The notes under the pieces were generated by a model. That model had not been told where the DNA came from. It ran no database searches and was given only the letters and a program-made list of their open reading frames with translations. Source: an uncultured Actinomycetota bacterium (GTDB lineage Bacteria; Actinomycetota; Actinomycetes; JACCUZ01). Taken from it: a stretch of 64,000 nucleotides of DNA. The stretch spans positions 1,072,337-1,136,336 of the forward strand of contig CAWDZK010000001.1 in the NCBI GenBank assembly GCA_963807005.1, written 5' to 3'. Below are positions 19,299-28,870 of the stretch, in pieces. Numbering within the stretch: position 1 is the stretch's first letter; the number at the start of each line of letters is the position of its first letter. A program made the position numbers and the translations under genes.

Positions 19299-20092
19299 GC
19301 GCGGTCCTCAACGCGGCCCGGATCTTCGTCCTCGGCGGGATGATGAGCTACCGGGCGCTGTTCCACTGGCTGTCGCCGTGGATCCTCATCCCGTCGTTCC
19401 TGGTGGGCCCGATCGCCCAGATCCTGCTCTTCGCCTACCTCGGCCGCAACGCGGGAGTGGGCTCGGACGAGTTCTTCGTGATCGGCAACTCACTGCAGTA
19501 CGCCGCCATCCCGTGCCTGTTCGCGATGGGCAACACGATCGGCGACGAGCGGCAGGAGAAGACCCTCGGCATCATCCTGTCGACGCCGGCACCCCGGGTG
19601 CCGCTGTTCCTCGGCCGGGCGCTGCCCGTGATCGCCAACGGGTTCCTGGTGGCGCTGTTCGCGCTGGTGGTGGGCGGCGCGATCTTCTCCATCGACGTCC
19701 CGGCGTCGTCGTACCTGCCCATCGCGGTGACCGCCCTGGTCGCGTCGTTCGCCTGCACCGGGCTCGGGCTGGTCACCGCCGCGCTCGCCCTCCGGGTACG
19801 GGAGACCGCGGTGCTGGCCAACGTCATCTTCGGGTTCCTGCTCATCTTCTGTGGCGTGAACGTGCCACTGGACTCGTTGCCCGGCTGGATGTCTGCGGTG
19901 TCGCCCTGGCTCCCCCTCACCCACGGCATCGACGCCGCCCGGCAGCTGGCCGACGGTGCCACCCTCGGCTCGGTCGGGGGCGACCTGGTCCGCGAGGGCG
20001 CCCTCGGCGCGGTCTATGTGCTCGTCGGCATGGTGATGCTGTCCTACTTCGAGTGGGAGAGCCGCCGGCGGGCGACGCTCGAGGTGTTCTGA
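19295..20092 (+). CDS. ABC-2 exporter permease
   Basis: Multiple TM helices, ERQEKTL, FCGVNVPLDSLPGW..LPLTHG; ATGA overlap. Confidence 0.88.
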   Translation: MSAVLNAARIFVLGGMMSYRALFHWLSPWILIPSFLVGPIAQILLFAYLGRNAGVGSDEFFVIGNSLQYAAIPCLFAMGNTIGDERQEKTLGIILSTPAPRVPLFLGRALPVIANGFLVALFALVVGGAIFSIDVPASSYLPIAVTALVASFACTGLGLVTAALALRVRETAVLANVIFGFLLIFCGVNVPLDSLPGWMSAVSPWLPLTHGIDAARQLADGATLGSVGGDLVREGALGAVYVLVGMVMLSYFEWESRRRATLEVF

Positions 20093-20203
20093 CCCACCCG
20101 GCGAGCGGTGCGAGCAGCGCGGTTGCGGTGAGACGACCCTTCCGCCCGAGGTGCCATCGGGCAGGATGACGGCGACATCGACATCCGTCGGAAGGTGGCG
20201 TCC

Positions 20204-20599
20204 GTGACCGTCCTGCTCGCCTACATCGCGACCCCCGAGGGGGACGCGGCACTGGCCACCGCTCTGGAGGAGGCGGCCCGGCGGGACACCGACGCGGTCG
20301 TCGTGCACGTGACCAGGCTCGAGCCGGCCGACGGGTCGCCGTACTCCGAGGAACAGGTGCTGGACGCCGTCCAGCAGCGCTTCGCCGCTGCAGGCATCGA
20401 CGCCGAGATCCGCCAGCTGCCCGCGGGCACGAACCCGGCGGACGTGGTCGTCTCCGTCGCCGCCGAGACCGCGGCGGAGGTCGTCGTGATCGGTCTGCGC
20501 CGCAGGACCGCGGTCGGCAAGCTGGTGCTCGGCAGCACGTCGCAGCAGATCCTGCTCGGGCTGGACTGCCCGGTGCTCGCCGTGAAGGCGACGCGCTGA
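20204..20599 (+). CDS. Universal stress protein
   Basis: VVIGLRRRTAVGKLVLGSTSQQILLGLDCPVLAVK. Confidence 0.9.
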   Translation: MTVLLAYIATPEGDAALATALEEAARRDTDAVVVHVTRLEPADGSPYSEEQVLDAVQQRFAAAGIDAEIRQLPAGTNPADVVVSVAAETAAEVVVIGLRRRTAVGKLVLGSTSQQILLGLDCPVLAVKATR

Positions 20600-20610
20600 C
20601 CGGCGAGCCC

Positions 20611-21102
20611 GTGGTCCGGGCCGGCCGGGTGGCGGACCTGGCGGCCCTGACAGCGATCTACAACCACTTCGTCGTGCACACCATCGTCACCTTCGACGTC
20701 GAGCCGTTCACCGTCGACCAGCGTCGGGACTGGTTCGACCAGTACGACGTCGCGGGGCCGTACCGGCTGCTGGTCGGCGAGCTGGACGGCGCCGTGGCGG
20801 GGTACGCGACGAGCAGCAGGTTCCGGGTCAAGCCCGGCTATGCGACCTCGGTGGAGACGACGGTCTACTGCGACCCGTCCGCGACCGGGCGCGGGCTCGG
20901 CACCGCGCTGTACACCGCTCTCCTCGACGTCCTCGGTCACGAGGACGTGCACCGGGCCTATGCCGGTGTCGCCCTGCCCAACGACGCCTCCGAAGCGCTG
21001 CACCGGCGGCTCGGGTTCCGTGTGCTGGGGACGTACACCGAGGTGGGGCGCAAGCAGGGCCGCTGGGTCGACGTGCGCTGGTACGAGCGCCCGCTGCCCT
21101 GA
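20611..21102 (+). CDS. GNAT N-acetyltransferase (phosphinothricin/methionine sulfoximine acetyltransferase-like)
   Basis: AIYNHFV..TFD, VETTVY, GRGLGTALY, PNDASEALHRRLGF, VGRKQGRWVDV. Confidence 0.88.
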   Translation: MVRAGRVADLAALTAIYNHFVVHTIVTFDVEPFTVDQRRDWFDQYDVAGPYRLLVGELDGAVAGYATSSRFRVKPGYATSVETTVYCDPSATGRGLGTALYTALLDVLGHEDVHRAYAGVALPNDASEALHRRLGFRVLGTYTEVGRKQGRWVDVRWYERPLP

Positions 21103-21110
21103 CGACAGCC

Positions 21111-21250
21111 GCGAGCGACCTACCGAACGACCGGCGGCGGACAGCCCGAGCACAAACGACGGAAGAACGGGTGGAACAGTCGCCCGACACGCGCCAGGGA
21201 TGTCGTTGCGCCGTCGTTGGTGCTCGTCCTGGGCCACGGTAGGTCCTCGC
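21111..21250. repeat. Family-2 fixed-spacer inverted repeat, copy B, with extra outer arms
   Basis: ACGACGG 21156-21162 ... CCGTCGT 21211-21217 (48-nt gap); outer arms GCGAGCGACCTACCG / CGGTAGGTCCTCGC. Confidence 0.82.
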
Positions 21251-21378
21251 GCCGTAGATGCCGTGCGGAGCAGAACGGACCGCGCTCCGGCTCGGTCGTG
21301 CCGGCTCAGCGCTGCCGACAACGGGACGCTGGCCCACCCACGCGTACACGGCCAGGCGCCGCTGCTCGAGCGCGCGCC

Positions 21379-22221
21379 CTACTTCGTGCCGACGATGCAG
21401 CGGGCAACGCCTGGAATCCTTACCTTGCCGTCCTCCTCGTAGGTGCTGACCTCGGCGATGACGGTCCTCGCGATCCGCTCCCGTGCCGGCTCGTCGACCT
21501 GCTGAAGCGCTGCGGCGGCAAGCGAGACGTGCTCGCTGATCATCTCCCAGTACTGCGCAGGCGAGCGCGTCACGAGCTCGACGTCGACGTCCCACTCGGC
21601 AATGTCCCGCAGCCCCGCAGCCTCGTACAGGGCGCTCACGTATCCCGGGGCAGCGCACCGGAACATGCTCGGCCCGTCCGGGTCGGGGGGCGCCAGCAGC
21701 GACTCCGTCGCGATGGCCTGCATGGCGATCGTCGTCCACGGGTTCTGTTCGGGCTTCACCCACACCGACGAGCAGAGTCGTCCGCCCGGCTTGAGCACCC
21801 GCGTGAACTCGGCGGTCGCCTTGGCGACGTCGGGAAGGAACATGTATCCGAACCGCACGGACACGCTGTCGAAGGTGGCGTCGTCGAACGGCAGGTCGTC
21901 GGCGCTGCATACCCTGGTCTCGAAGTTGGTGAGCCCCTGCGCGCTCGCGCGTCGGGTCGCGATGGCGAGCATCTCAGGCGCGAGGTCGGTCAGGACAACG
22001 TGTCCCCTCGGCGCGAGCCTGGCGACGGTCAGTCCCGGCTCACCAGTGCCCGCGGCGATGTCGAGGTGCTGCTGGTCGTCGGCGATGTCCAGTCGCTCGA
22101 TCATCGCTGCGCCGACCGGGCCCAGCTGGTCCATGATGATCGAGTCCCACTTCTGCCAGCCGGCAGACAGCCCGGCCCACGTGGCTCGCTGGCCGTCCCG
22201 AATCTCTTCGGCGCTCGGCAT
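21379..22221 (-). CDS. Class I SAM-dependent methyltransferase (UbiE-like)
   Basis: HLDIAAGTGEPG, LTDLAPEML, LPFDDATFD, RVLKPGGRL. Confidence 0.9.
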   Translation of the reverse strand: MPSAEEIRDGQRATWAGLSAGWQKWDSIIMDQLGPVGAAMIERLDIADDQQHLDIAAGTGEPGLTVARLAPRGHVVLTDLAPEMLAIATRRASAQGLTNFETRVCSADDLPFDDATFDSVSVRFGYMFLPDVAKATAEFTRVLKPGGRLCSSVWVKPEQNPWTTIAMQAIATESLLAPPDPDGPSMFRCAAPGYVSALYEAAGLRDIAEWDVDVELVTRSPAQYWEMISEHVSLAAAALQQVDEPARERIARTVIAEVSTYEEDGKVRIPGVARCIVGTK

Positions 22222-22264
22222 CGGCCCTCCCGCTTTCGGATGCAGCCCGCATGGCCTGCCGGCG

Positions 22265-22362
22265 CGAACACCAGCGACGGGACAACCACCGTATCGGTCC
22301 AGGAACCGGGTCTGGGGCGTGGTTTCGCCGTCGTCGGTGCTCGTCCTGGACCTCGGTACGTC
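22265..22362. repeat. Family-2 fixed-spacer inverted repeat, copy C
   Basis: GCGACGG 22274-22280 ... CCGTCGT 22328-22334 (47-nt gap); 22328-22362 matches 21211-21245 at 31/35 nt. Confidence 0.82.
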
Positions 22363-22416
22363 GTGGCGGGACCAACCGTTCGGCAGTGCCGGCTCCCCGC
22401 CGCGGCCGCCGTCGGC

Positions 22417-23667
22417 TCAGCGCGGCAGGTGGCTGTCGAGGAAGGCGTTGCCGAAGACGTCGTCGGGGTCCAGCTCGCGCCGCAGTGCCGTGGCGTCGGC
22501 CACCTTCGGGTAGCGCGCGGCGACGGCGGCCGGGTCCAGGGTGAACACCTTGCCCCAGTGCGGCCGCGGGCCGAACGGCGCGAGCGCGGCCTCGACCTGG
22601 GCCACCACCGGCAGCACCGCGGCGGTGTCGTCGACCCAGGTGAAGTGCACGGCGAGCGAGTCGACGCCGTACGCCGGGCTGAGCCACAGGTCGTCGGCGG
22701 CGACGGTGCGCAGCTCACTGATCTGCAGGACGGGCGCGACCCGGTCGCGGATCGCGCGCACCGCCGCGACGGCAGCCTCGGCGTGCTCCCGCGCCACGAG
22801 GTACTCGGTCTGCAGCTCGCTGCCGCTGCTCGGGGTGTGGTCCAGCCGGAAGTGCGGCAGCCGCTCGTGCCACGGCCCGGCCTCGCCGAGCTGCGCGGTG
22901 CACGCCTCGGCGCCGACCCCCGGCACCGGGTGGCGCGGACCCGTCGCCGGCGACCCGCCGAGCCAGTCGTCGCCGAGGGGCGGCCGCGGCCGGTCGGTGC
23001 GGCGCTTGACCCAGACCTGGCCGAGGTCGTCGGTGCCCCAGGCGGTGAAGATGCTCACGCTGTCCCCGGCCGAGAAGGCCTCGCCGAGGCGGTCCCGCAG
23101 GGTGGCGAGCGGGACGTCGTCGACGACCCGCTGCGCCACGTCGTACGTCGGCTCGACGGCCAGCGTGACGGCGGTGACCACGCCGAGGGAGCCGAGCGCG
23201 ACCACCGCACCGGGGAACCTCTGGTCGGACCGGTCGAGGTGCAGCAGCTCCCCGGTGGCGGTGACCAGGTCGAGCCCGACGACGGCGGCGGCGAGACAGC
23301 CGTTGCGGTCGCCCGAGCCGTGGGTGCCGGTCGCGACCGCTCCCGCGACGCAGATGTGCGGCAGTGACCCCAGGTTGTGCAGCGCGAGACCGGCTGCGTG
23401 CAGCCGCGGCGCGACCTCGCCGTAGCGCAGGCCGGCGCTGACCGTCACCGACCCGCGGTCGTCGGAGACCTCGACCCGGGCGGGCAGCCCGGCGAGCGTG
23501 ACCAGCTCGTGGGAGGTGTCGGCGACCCGGCTGAACGAGTGCCCGCTGCCGAGGGCCCGTATCTTCCGGCTGCGGGCGACGAGCTCCTGCACCTGCTCGA
23601 CCGAGGTCGGCCGGTGCAGCTCGGTAGCTCCGAAGGTGACGTTCCCGGCCCAGTTGCGCAGGGTCAC
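22417..23667 (-). CDS. FAD-linked oxidase, alditol/xylitol oxidase or arabinonolactone oxidase family
   Basis: NWAGN, RALGSGHSF (covalent FAD His), LGSLPHI..ATGTHGSG, ELQTEY, RPHWGK. Confidence 0.88.
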   Translation of the reverse strand: MTLRNWAGNVTFGATELHRPTSVEQVQELVARSRKIRALGSGHSFSRVADTSHELVTLAGLPARVEVSDDRGSVTVSAGLRYGEVAPRLHAAGLALHNLGSLPHICVAGAVATGTHGSGDRNGCLAAAVVGLDLVTATGELLHLDRSDQRFPGAVVALGSLGVVTAVTLAVEPTYDVAQRVVDDVPLATLRDRLGEAFSAGDSVSIFTAWGTDDLGQVWVKRRTDRPRPPLGDDWLGGSPATGPRHPVPGVGAEACTAQLGEAGPWHERLPHFRLDHTPSSGSELQTEYLVAREHAEAAVAAVRAIRDRVAPVLQISELRTVAADDLWLSPAYGVDSLAVHFTWVDDTAAVLPVVAQVEAALAPFGPRPHWGKVFTLDPAAVAARYPKVADATALRRELDPDDVFGNAFLDSHLPR

Positions 23668-24098
23668 CGGTCCCAGTCCTTCCCGGCGGCGAGGCGCTGG
23701 GCGAGCAGCTGCTCCAGCGGCATCGACTCGCCGTCGCGGCCACCGACACCCACGACCAGCGGCGGGTCGCTCGGCGGCACGACGGTGCCGCGCCACCGGG
23801 CGACGGCCCGGGTGGGGGCGGACAGCACGTAGAAGTGGCCGTCCTCGTCGACGGCGAGCGAGCGGTTGCGCTTGAGGTACCAGCCGGTCAGCCCGGTGCG
23901 GTAGAGCGTGCGGCCGTTCATGGCACGGGCCTTGAGCGGCAGAGTCGGCAGGCCGAGCTCCCGGGCGTCGCGGACGAAGCCGGCCAGCAGCGCGCGGGCC
24001 TGCTCGGACTCGGCGGCCCGGACCCGCTCCTGCCGGGCGACCTGCTCGGCCGCGGCGTCCCGCCGGCGCGCCGCCCAGTCGTCCTCAGGGGAGGTCAT
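23664..24098 (-). CDS. Hypothetical protein
   Basis: 144-aa ORF overlapping the lhr stop (ATGA) and the oxidase start (GTGA); protein-like GWYLKRNRSLAV..VVGVGGRDGES. Confidence 0.7.
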   Translation of the reverse strand: MTSPEDDWAARRRDAAAEQVARQERVRAAESEQARALLAGFVRDARELGLPTLPLKARAMNGRTLYRTGLTGWYLKRNRSLAVDEDGHFYVLSAPTRAVARWRGTVVPPSDPPLVVGVGGRDGESMPLEQLLAQRLAAGKDWDR

Positions 24099-27000
24099 GA
24101 CCGAAGTCTGAGGCCGCGGGGCGTCGCGTGGAAACCGGCCTCCTCCAGCGCCCGGCCAAGCGGCGAGTCGAGCACGCCGGCGCCGTCAGCGCGCTCGACG
24201 GTCAGCCGGCCGAGCAGCCCCTCGCGCACCGCGAGCGACAGAGCGTCGACCGCCGGCTGCAGCAGCGCCGGGTCGTCGACCCAGGTGAGTAGGGTCCGGC
24301 CGCCGCGCTCGACGTAGAGGACCAGCCGGCCGTCGACCAGCACCACCAGGGCGCCGGACTTGCGGCCCGGCCGGTGCCCGGCGTCCTCGCCACCGGACTC
24401 CCGTTTCGGCCACGGGACCGCGGCGCCGAACGGGTTGGCGGGATCGGTGGCGGCGAGCACGAGGGCCCGGGGGATCTCCACCGACGCGGCCCGCGCGACC
24501 GGCTCCTCCCCGGCCCGCTCCAGCGCCGACGAGATCGCGCGCAGCCGGTCGACCGCGCCGGGCAGGGCGAACTGCGCGGCCCCCAGGCCCTCGACGAAGT
24601 AGCCGCGCCGGCACCGACCGGACTCCTCGAACGTGGCCAGCACCCGGTACACCGCCGCGAACCCGCCGGGGGCCCGCTCGGCCTGGGTGGCGCCGCGCAC
24701 CACGACCCCGTGCCGGTCGAGCAGGATCTCGGCGAGCGTCGCGGCCCGGCGGGTCGGGTCGGTCTCGACGTCCGGGAGCAGTGACCATCGGCCGGCGGCG
24801 GTGGGTGGACCGGTGCGGCTGGGCACCGGCGCCCGGCCCGGCCGGGGCGCGCGGCCGTAGCGGCCGCGTGGCGTGGCCCGCCGCGGCCGGTGCGCGCCGC
24901 GTCCTGCCACCATCGTCCGCAGCGGCGCGAGGGTGTCGTTGCTGAGGTGCCCCGACCAGACGAGGTCCCACAACGCCGCCACCAGCGCCTCGTCGTCGGT
25001 CGACTCCACGACGTCGGACAGTCGGCGGAAGAAGAACGCCCCACCGCCGGTGAGCGCTGCGAGCACCGCCTCGTGCAGCGGTGTGGCCACGGCGGCCGCG
25101 TCCGGCTCGGTCAGGGTGAGGTGGGCGGCGTCGGCCAGGTGCAGGGACACCCACCCGTCGGAGCCCGGCAGTGGCCCGTGGCCGCGCCAGAGCACCTCCC
25201 CGGCCGCGCACAGCTCGTCGAGCAGCGCGGGTGAGTAGCCCTGCACCCGGGCCGGCAGGACCAGCGACTCGAGGGCCGACGCCGGGACCTGGGCTCCCTG
25301 CAGCTGCTCGACCACCCGGAGGACCCCCTCGGCGCCGCGCAGCCGGCTGCCGACCTGCTGCCACGCAGGCAGGAACGACGCCAGGGCCTCGACCGGGACC
25401 GGCTCGACCTCCTGGCGCAGCACCGCGAGCGACCGGCGGCGCAGGGTGCGGAGCACCTCCGCGTCGCACCACTCGGCCCCGGACCCACCGGGCAGGAACT
25501 CGCCGGACAGCACCCGGCCGCTGGTCGCCAGCCGATGCAGGGTCTGCTCGACGACCGCCACACCGAGGCCGAACCGGTCGGCGACGTCGGCTGTGGTGAA
25601 GGGGACGTGGGTACGGGCGTAGCGCCCCACCAGGTCGCCGATCGGGTCGCGGAGCGGTTCGAGGAAGGCCTGCGGGATGCCCACCGGCATCGGCGTCCCC
25701 AGCGCGTCCCGCAGCCGGCCGGCGTCCTCGACAGCGACCCAGCGCTCCTCGCCGGCGACCCGCAGGCGGACGGCCCGGCGCGCCTCCTCCAGGTCTGCCA
25801 GCCAGGCCGGCTGGGCGCCGCGGGTGACCGCCTCGGCGGTGCTGAGCGGGCCGAGAACCCGCAGCAGGTCGGCCACGCCCTCGACGTCGCGGGCCCGCCG
25901 GTCCTCGGAGACCCGCTGCAGGTCGGCGGCCAACGACGCGATCGCCGTCGGGTCGAGCAGCTCGCGCAGGCCGCCGTACCCCTGCTGCCCGAGCAGCTCG
26001 GCCAGCAGCGTCTGGTCCAGCGACAGCGCGGTGGCCCGCCGCTCGGCCAGGGGCGAGTCGCCCTCGTAGAGGAACTGCGCGACGTAGCCGAACAGCAGCG
26101 ACCGGGCGAACGGCGACGGCTGAGCGGTCTCGACCTCGACGAAGCGCACCGTCCGCTCCTGGACCTCGCGCATCAGGCCGACCAGCCCGGGGACGTCGAA
26201 CACGTCCTGCAGGCACTCGCGCATCGTCTCGAGGATCACCGGGAACGAGCCGTAGTCGCTGGCGACCGAGAGCAGCTGGGCCGACCGCTGGCGCTGCTGC
26301 CACAGGGGACTGCGCCGGCCGGGGTTGCGCCGCGGCAGCAGCAGGGCGCGTGCCGCGCACTCGCGGAAGCGGGATGCGAACAGCGCCGACCCGCCGACCT
26401 CGGCGGTCACCAGCGGCTCGACCTCGTCCGGCTCGACGACCGCCATCTCGGTGCCGGTGCGGGACGCGTCGTCCTCGTCGAGCTCGATGTCGGGCAGCCG
26501 CAGCACGATGCCGTCGTCGGAGTGCATCGCCTGGACGTCCACGCCGTACCGCTCGCGCAGCCGGGCCGACACGACGAGCGCCCATGGCGCGTGCACCGGC
26601 GAACCGAACGGCGAGTGGATCGCCACCCGCCAGTCGCCGAGCTCGTCGCGGAACCGCTCGACCACGATGGTCCGGTCGTCGGGCAGGTGGCCGGTGGCGG
26701 CGCGCTGCTCGTCGAGGTAGCGCAGCAGGTTGTCGGCCGCCCACTCGTCCAGCCCGGAGGCGAGGACGCGGTCGCGGGCCTTCGCCGGCGACAGCGCACT
26801 CACCTCACGGGTGAAGGCGCCGAGAGCGCGGCCGAGCTCGACCGGCCGGCCGAGAGTGTCCCCCTTCCAGAACGGCAGCCGCCCGGGCTGACCCGGTGCA
26901 GGCGTGACCAGCACCTGGTCGTGGGTGATGTCCTCGATCCGCCACGAGGTGGACCCGAGGGTGAAGACGTCGCCGACCCGCGACTCGTAGACCATCTCCT

Positions 27001-28708
27001 CGTCCAGCTCGCCGACTCGGCTCTTCTTCTCCCCGACCAGGAAGACGCCGAAGAGGCCGCGGTCCGGGATGGTGCCGCCGCTCGTCACCGCGAGCCGTTG
27101 CGCCCCGGGGCGTCCGGTGAGGGTCCCACCGACCCGGTCCCAGACCAGGCGCGGCCGCAGCTCGGCGAACTCGTCGCTGGGGTAGCGCCCGGCGAGCATG
27201 TCCAGCACCGACTCGAACGCGCTGCGGGGGAGCGAGGCGTACGGCGCGGCGCGGCGCACCACGTCGTACATCACCTCGACCTCCCACTCGTCGAGGCTGA
27301 CCATCGCCACGACCTGCTGGGCGAGCACGTCGAGCGGGTTGCGCGGGTAGCGGAGGGACTCGATCTGGCCGGCGCGCATCCGCTCGGCGACGACGGCGGT
27401 CTGCACCAGGTCCCCGCGGTACTTCGGGAAGATGACGCCGCGGGACACGGCGCCGACCTGGTGGCCGGCCCGGCCGACGCGCTGCAGGCCGCTGGCCACC
27501 GACGGGGGCGACTCGACCTGGATCACGAGGTCGACCGCGCCCATGTCGATGCCGAGCTCGAGGCTGGACGTCGCGACCACGGCGGGCAGCCGGCCGGCCT
27601 TGAGCGCCTCCTCGATCTGGGCCCGCTGCTCCTTGGAGACCGACCCGTGGTGGGCGCGCGCGATCTCGGGCACCGCGGCGTCCGGCCGGGCGACGCTCGC
27701 ACCGGCCTGCGCCATCACCTGCGCCGGCTGCTGGCTGCCTGGCTCGGGCAGCGGCTCGCCGGTCGCCCGCTCGTAGGCGATCTCGTTGAGGCGGGCGCAC
27801 AGCCGCTCGGCCAGCCGGCGGGAGTTGGCGAACACGATGGTCGACCGGTGGGCCTGGACGAGGTCGACGATGCGCTCCTCGACGTGCGGCCAGATCGACG
27901 TGCGGCGTTCCTCGCCCGCGGCCGAGCCGCTGACCTCGCCGGTGGTCTGCCCGAGCTCGCCGAGGTCCTCGACCGGGACGACCACCTCCAGCTCGACGGT
28001 CTTGGCCGACGGGGGCTGGACGACCTCGACGTCGTGCGGGCCGCCGAGGAAGCGGGCGACCTCCTCCACCGGCCGGACCGTCGCGGACAGGCCGATCCGC
28101 TGGGCCGGCCGGTCGAGAAGATGGTCGAGGCGCTCCAGCGACAGTGCGAGGTGGGCGCCGCGCTTGGTCCCGGAGACGGCGTGCACCTCGTCGACGATCA
28201 CGGTCTCGATGCCGCGCAGCGACTCCCGTGCCTGCGAGGTGAGGATCAGGAAGAGGGACTCGGGCGTGGTGATCAGGATGTCCGGCGGGGTGCGGCCGAA
28301 CCTGCGCCGCTCGTCGGCGGGGGTGTCTCCCGATCGGACGCCGACCGTGAGGTCGGGCTCGGGCAGGCCGAGCCGGGTGGCCGCGTGCCGGATGCCCGCC
28401 AGCGGTGCCCGGAGGTTCCGCTCGACGTCGACCGCCAGGGCCTTCATCGGGCTCACGTAGAGCACCCGGCAGCGACGCTGCGGCTCGGCCGGCGGCGGCT
28501 CCGCGGCCAGCCGGTCGATCGACCAGAGGAACGCGGCGAGGGTCTTGCCGGAGCCGGTGGGGGCCACCACCAGGGCGTTGCGTCCGGCCGAGACGGCGTC
28601 CCAGGCGCCCTGCTGGGCAGCGGTCGGGGCGGCGAAGGACGCGTCGAACCACGCCTGGGTGGCCGTCGAGAACCGCGTCTCCCGGCCGGCCTGCCCGTCC
28701 TCGCTCAC
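24095..28708 (-). CDS. lhr: Lhr-family ATP-dependent helicase (long form)
   Basis: APTGSGKT, IVDEVH, GLSAT, HHGSVS, TSSLELGIDMG, QRVGRAGH, C-terminal RRGYFVEGLGAAQF and ATDPANPFG. Confidence 0.96.
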   Translation of the reverse strand: MSEDGQAGRETRFSTATQAWFDASFAAPTAAQQGAWDAVSAGRNALVVAPTGSGKTLAAFLWSIDRLAAEPPPAEPQRRCRVLYVSPMKALAVDVERNLRAPLAGIRHAATRLGLPEPDLTVGVRSGDTPADERRRFGRTPPDILITTPESLFLILTSQARESLRGIETVIVDEVHAVSGTKRGAHLALSLERLDHLLDRPAQRIGLSATVRPVEEVARFLGGPHDVEVVQPPSAKTVELEVVVPVEDLGELGQTTGEVSGSAAGEERRTSIWPHVEERIVDLVQAHRSTIVFANSRRLAERLCARLNEIAYERATGEPLPEPGSQQPAQVMAQAGASVARPDAAVPEIARAHHGSVSKEQRAQIEEALKAGRLPAVVATSSLELGIDMGAVDLVIQVESPPSVASGLQRVGRAGHQVGAVSRGVIFPKYRGDLVQTAVVAERMRAGQIESLRYPRNPLDVLAQQVVAMVSLDEWEVEVMYDVVRRAAPYASLPRSAFESVLDMLAGRYPSDEFAELRPRLVWDRVGGTLTGRPGAQRLAVTSGGTIPDRGLFGVFLVGEKKSRVGELDEEMVYESRVGDVFTLGSTSWRIEDITHDQVLVTPAPGQPGRLPFWKGDTLGRPVELGRALGAFTREVSALSPAKARDRVLASGLDEWAADNLLRYLDEQRAATGHLPDDRTIVVERFRDELGDWRVAIHSPFGSPVHAPWALVVSARLRERYGVDVQAMHSDDGIVLRLPDIELDEDDASRTGTEMAVVEPDEVEPLVTAEVGGSALFASRFRECAARALLLPRRNPGRRSPLWQQRQRSAQLLSVASDYGSFPVILETMRECLQDVFDVPGLVGLMREVQERTVRFVEVETAQPSPFARSLLFGYVAQFLYEGDSPLAERRATALSLDQTLLAELLGQQGYGGLRELLDPTAIASLAADLQRVSEDRRARDVEGVADLLRVLGPLSTAEAVTRGAQPAWLADLEEARRAVRLRVAGEERWVAVEDAGRLRDALGTPMPVGIPQAFLEPLRDPIGDLVGRYARTHVPFTTADVADRFGLGVAVVEQTLHRLATSGRVLSGEFLPGGSGAEWCDAEVLRTLRRRSLAVLRQEVEPVPVEALASFLPAWQQVGSRLRGAEGVLRVVEQLQGAQVPASALESLVLPARVQGYSPALLDELCAAGEVLWRGHGPLPGSDGWVSLHLADAAHLTLTEPDAAAVATPLHEAVLAALTGGGAFFFRRLSDVVESTDDEALVAALWDLVWSGHLSNDTLAPLRTMVAGRGAHRPRRATPRGRYGRAPRPGRAPVPSRTGPPTAAGRWSLLPDVETDPTRRAATLAEILLDRHGVVVRGATQAERAPGGFAAVYRVLATFEESGRCRRGYFVEGLGAAQFALPGAVDRLRAISSALERAGEEPVARAASVEIPRALVLAATDPANPFGAAVPWPKRESGGEDAGHRPGRKSGALVVLVDGRLVLYVERGGRTLLTWVDDPALLQPAVDALSLAVREGLLGRLTVERADGAGVLDSPLGRALEEAGFHATPRGLRLRS

Positions 28709-28714
28709 CGGGTC

Positions 28715-28736
28715 ATCCTCGCCCACCGCACCGACA
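28715..28736 (-). promoter_or_regulatory. RecA-NDp (PafBC-type) promoter of lhr
   Basis: Minus strand TGTCGG-N10-GAGGAT-N6-GTG. Confidence 0.65.
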
Positions 28737-28750
28737 TCCGCCGCCCCGAC

Positions 28751-28813
28751 CGTTGAGTGGCGCGTACTGGCTGCGGTGGGGCCGCTGGAGCAGCCACTAC
28801 CCGCCACTCGACG
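28751..28813. repeat. Family-1 REP-like palindrome, copy 3 (solo, slightly degenerate)
   Basis: CGTTGAGTGGCGCGTACTGGCTGC / GCAGCCACTACCCGCCACTCGACG, 21/24 complementary, 23-nt core gap. Confidence 0.88.
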
Positions 28814-28842
28814 ACCTGGCGGGGGACAAATCGGTCGTCGGT

Positions 28843-28864
28843 TGTCCGAGGTCTGGCCTACCCT
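28843..28864 (+). promoter_or_regulatory. RecA-NDp-like promoter of ABC-2 exporter operon
   Basis: TGTCCG-N10-TACCCT-N6-GTG (28871, in frame). Confidence 0.55.
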
Positions 28865-28870
28865 CGGCGC

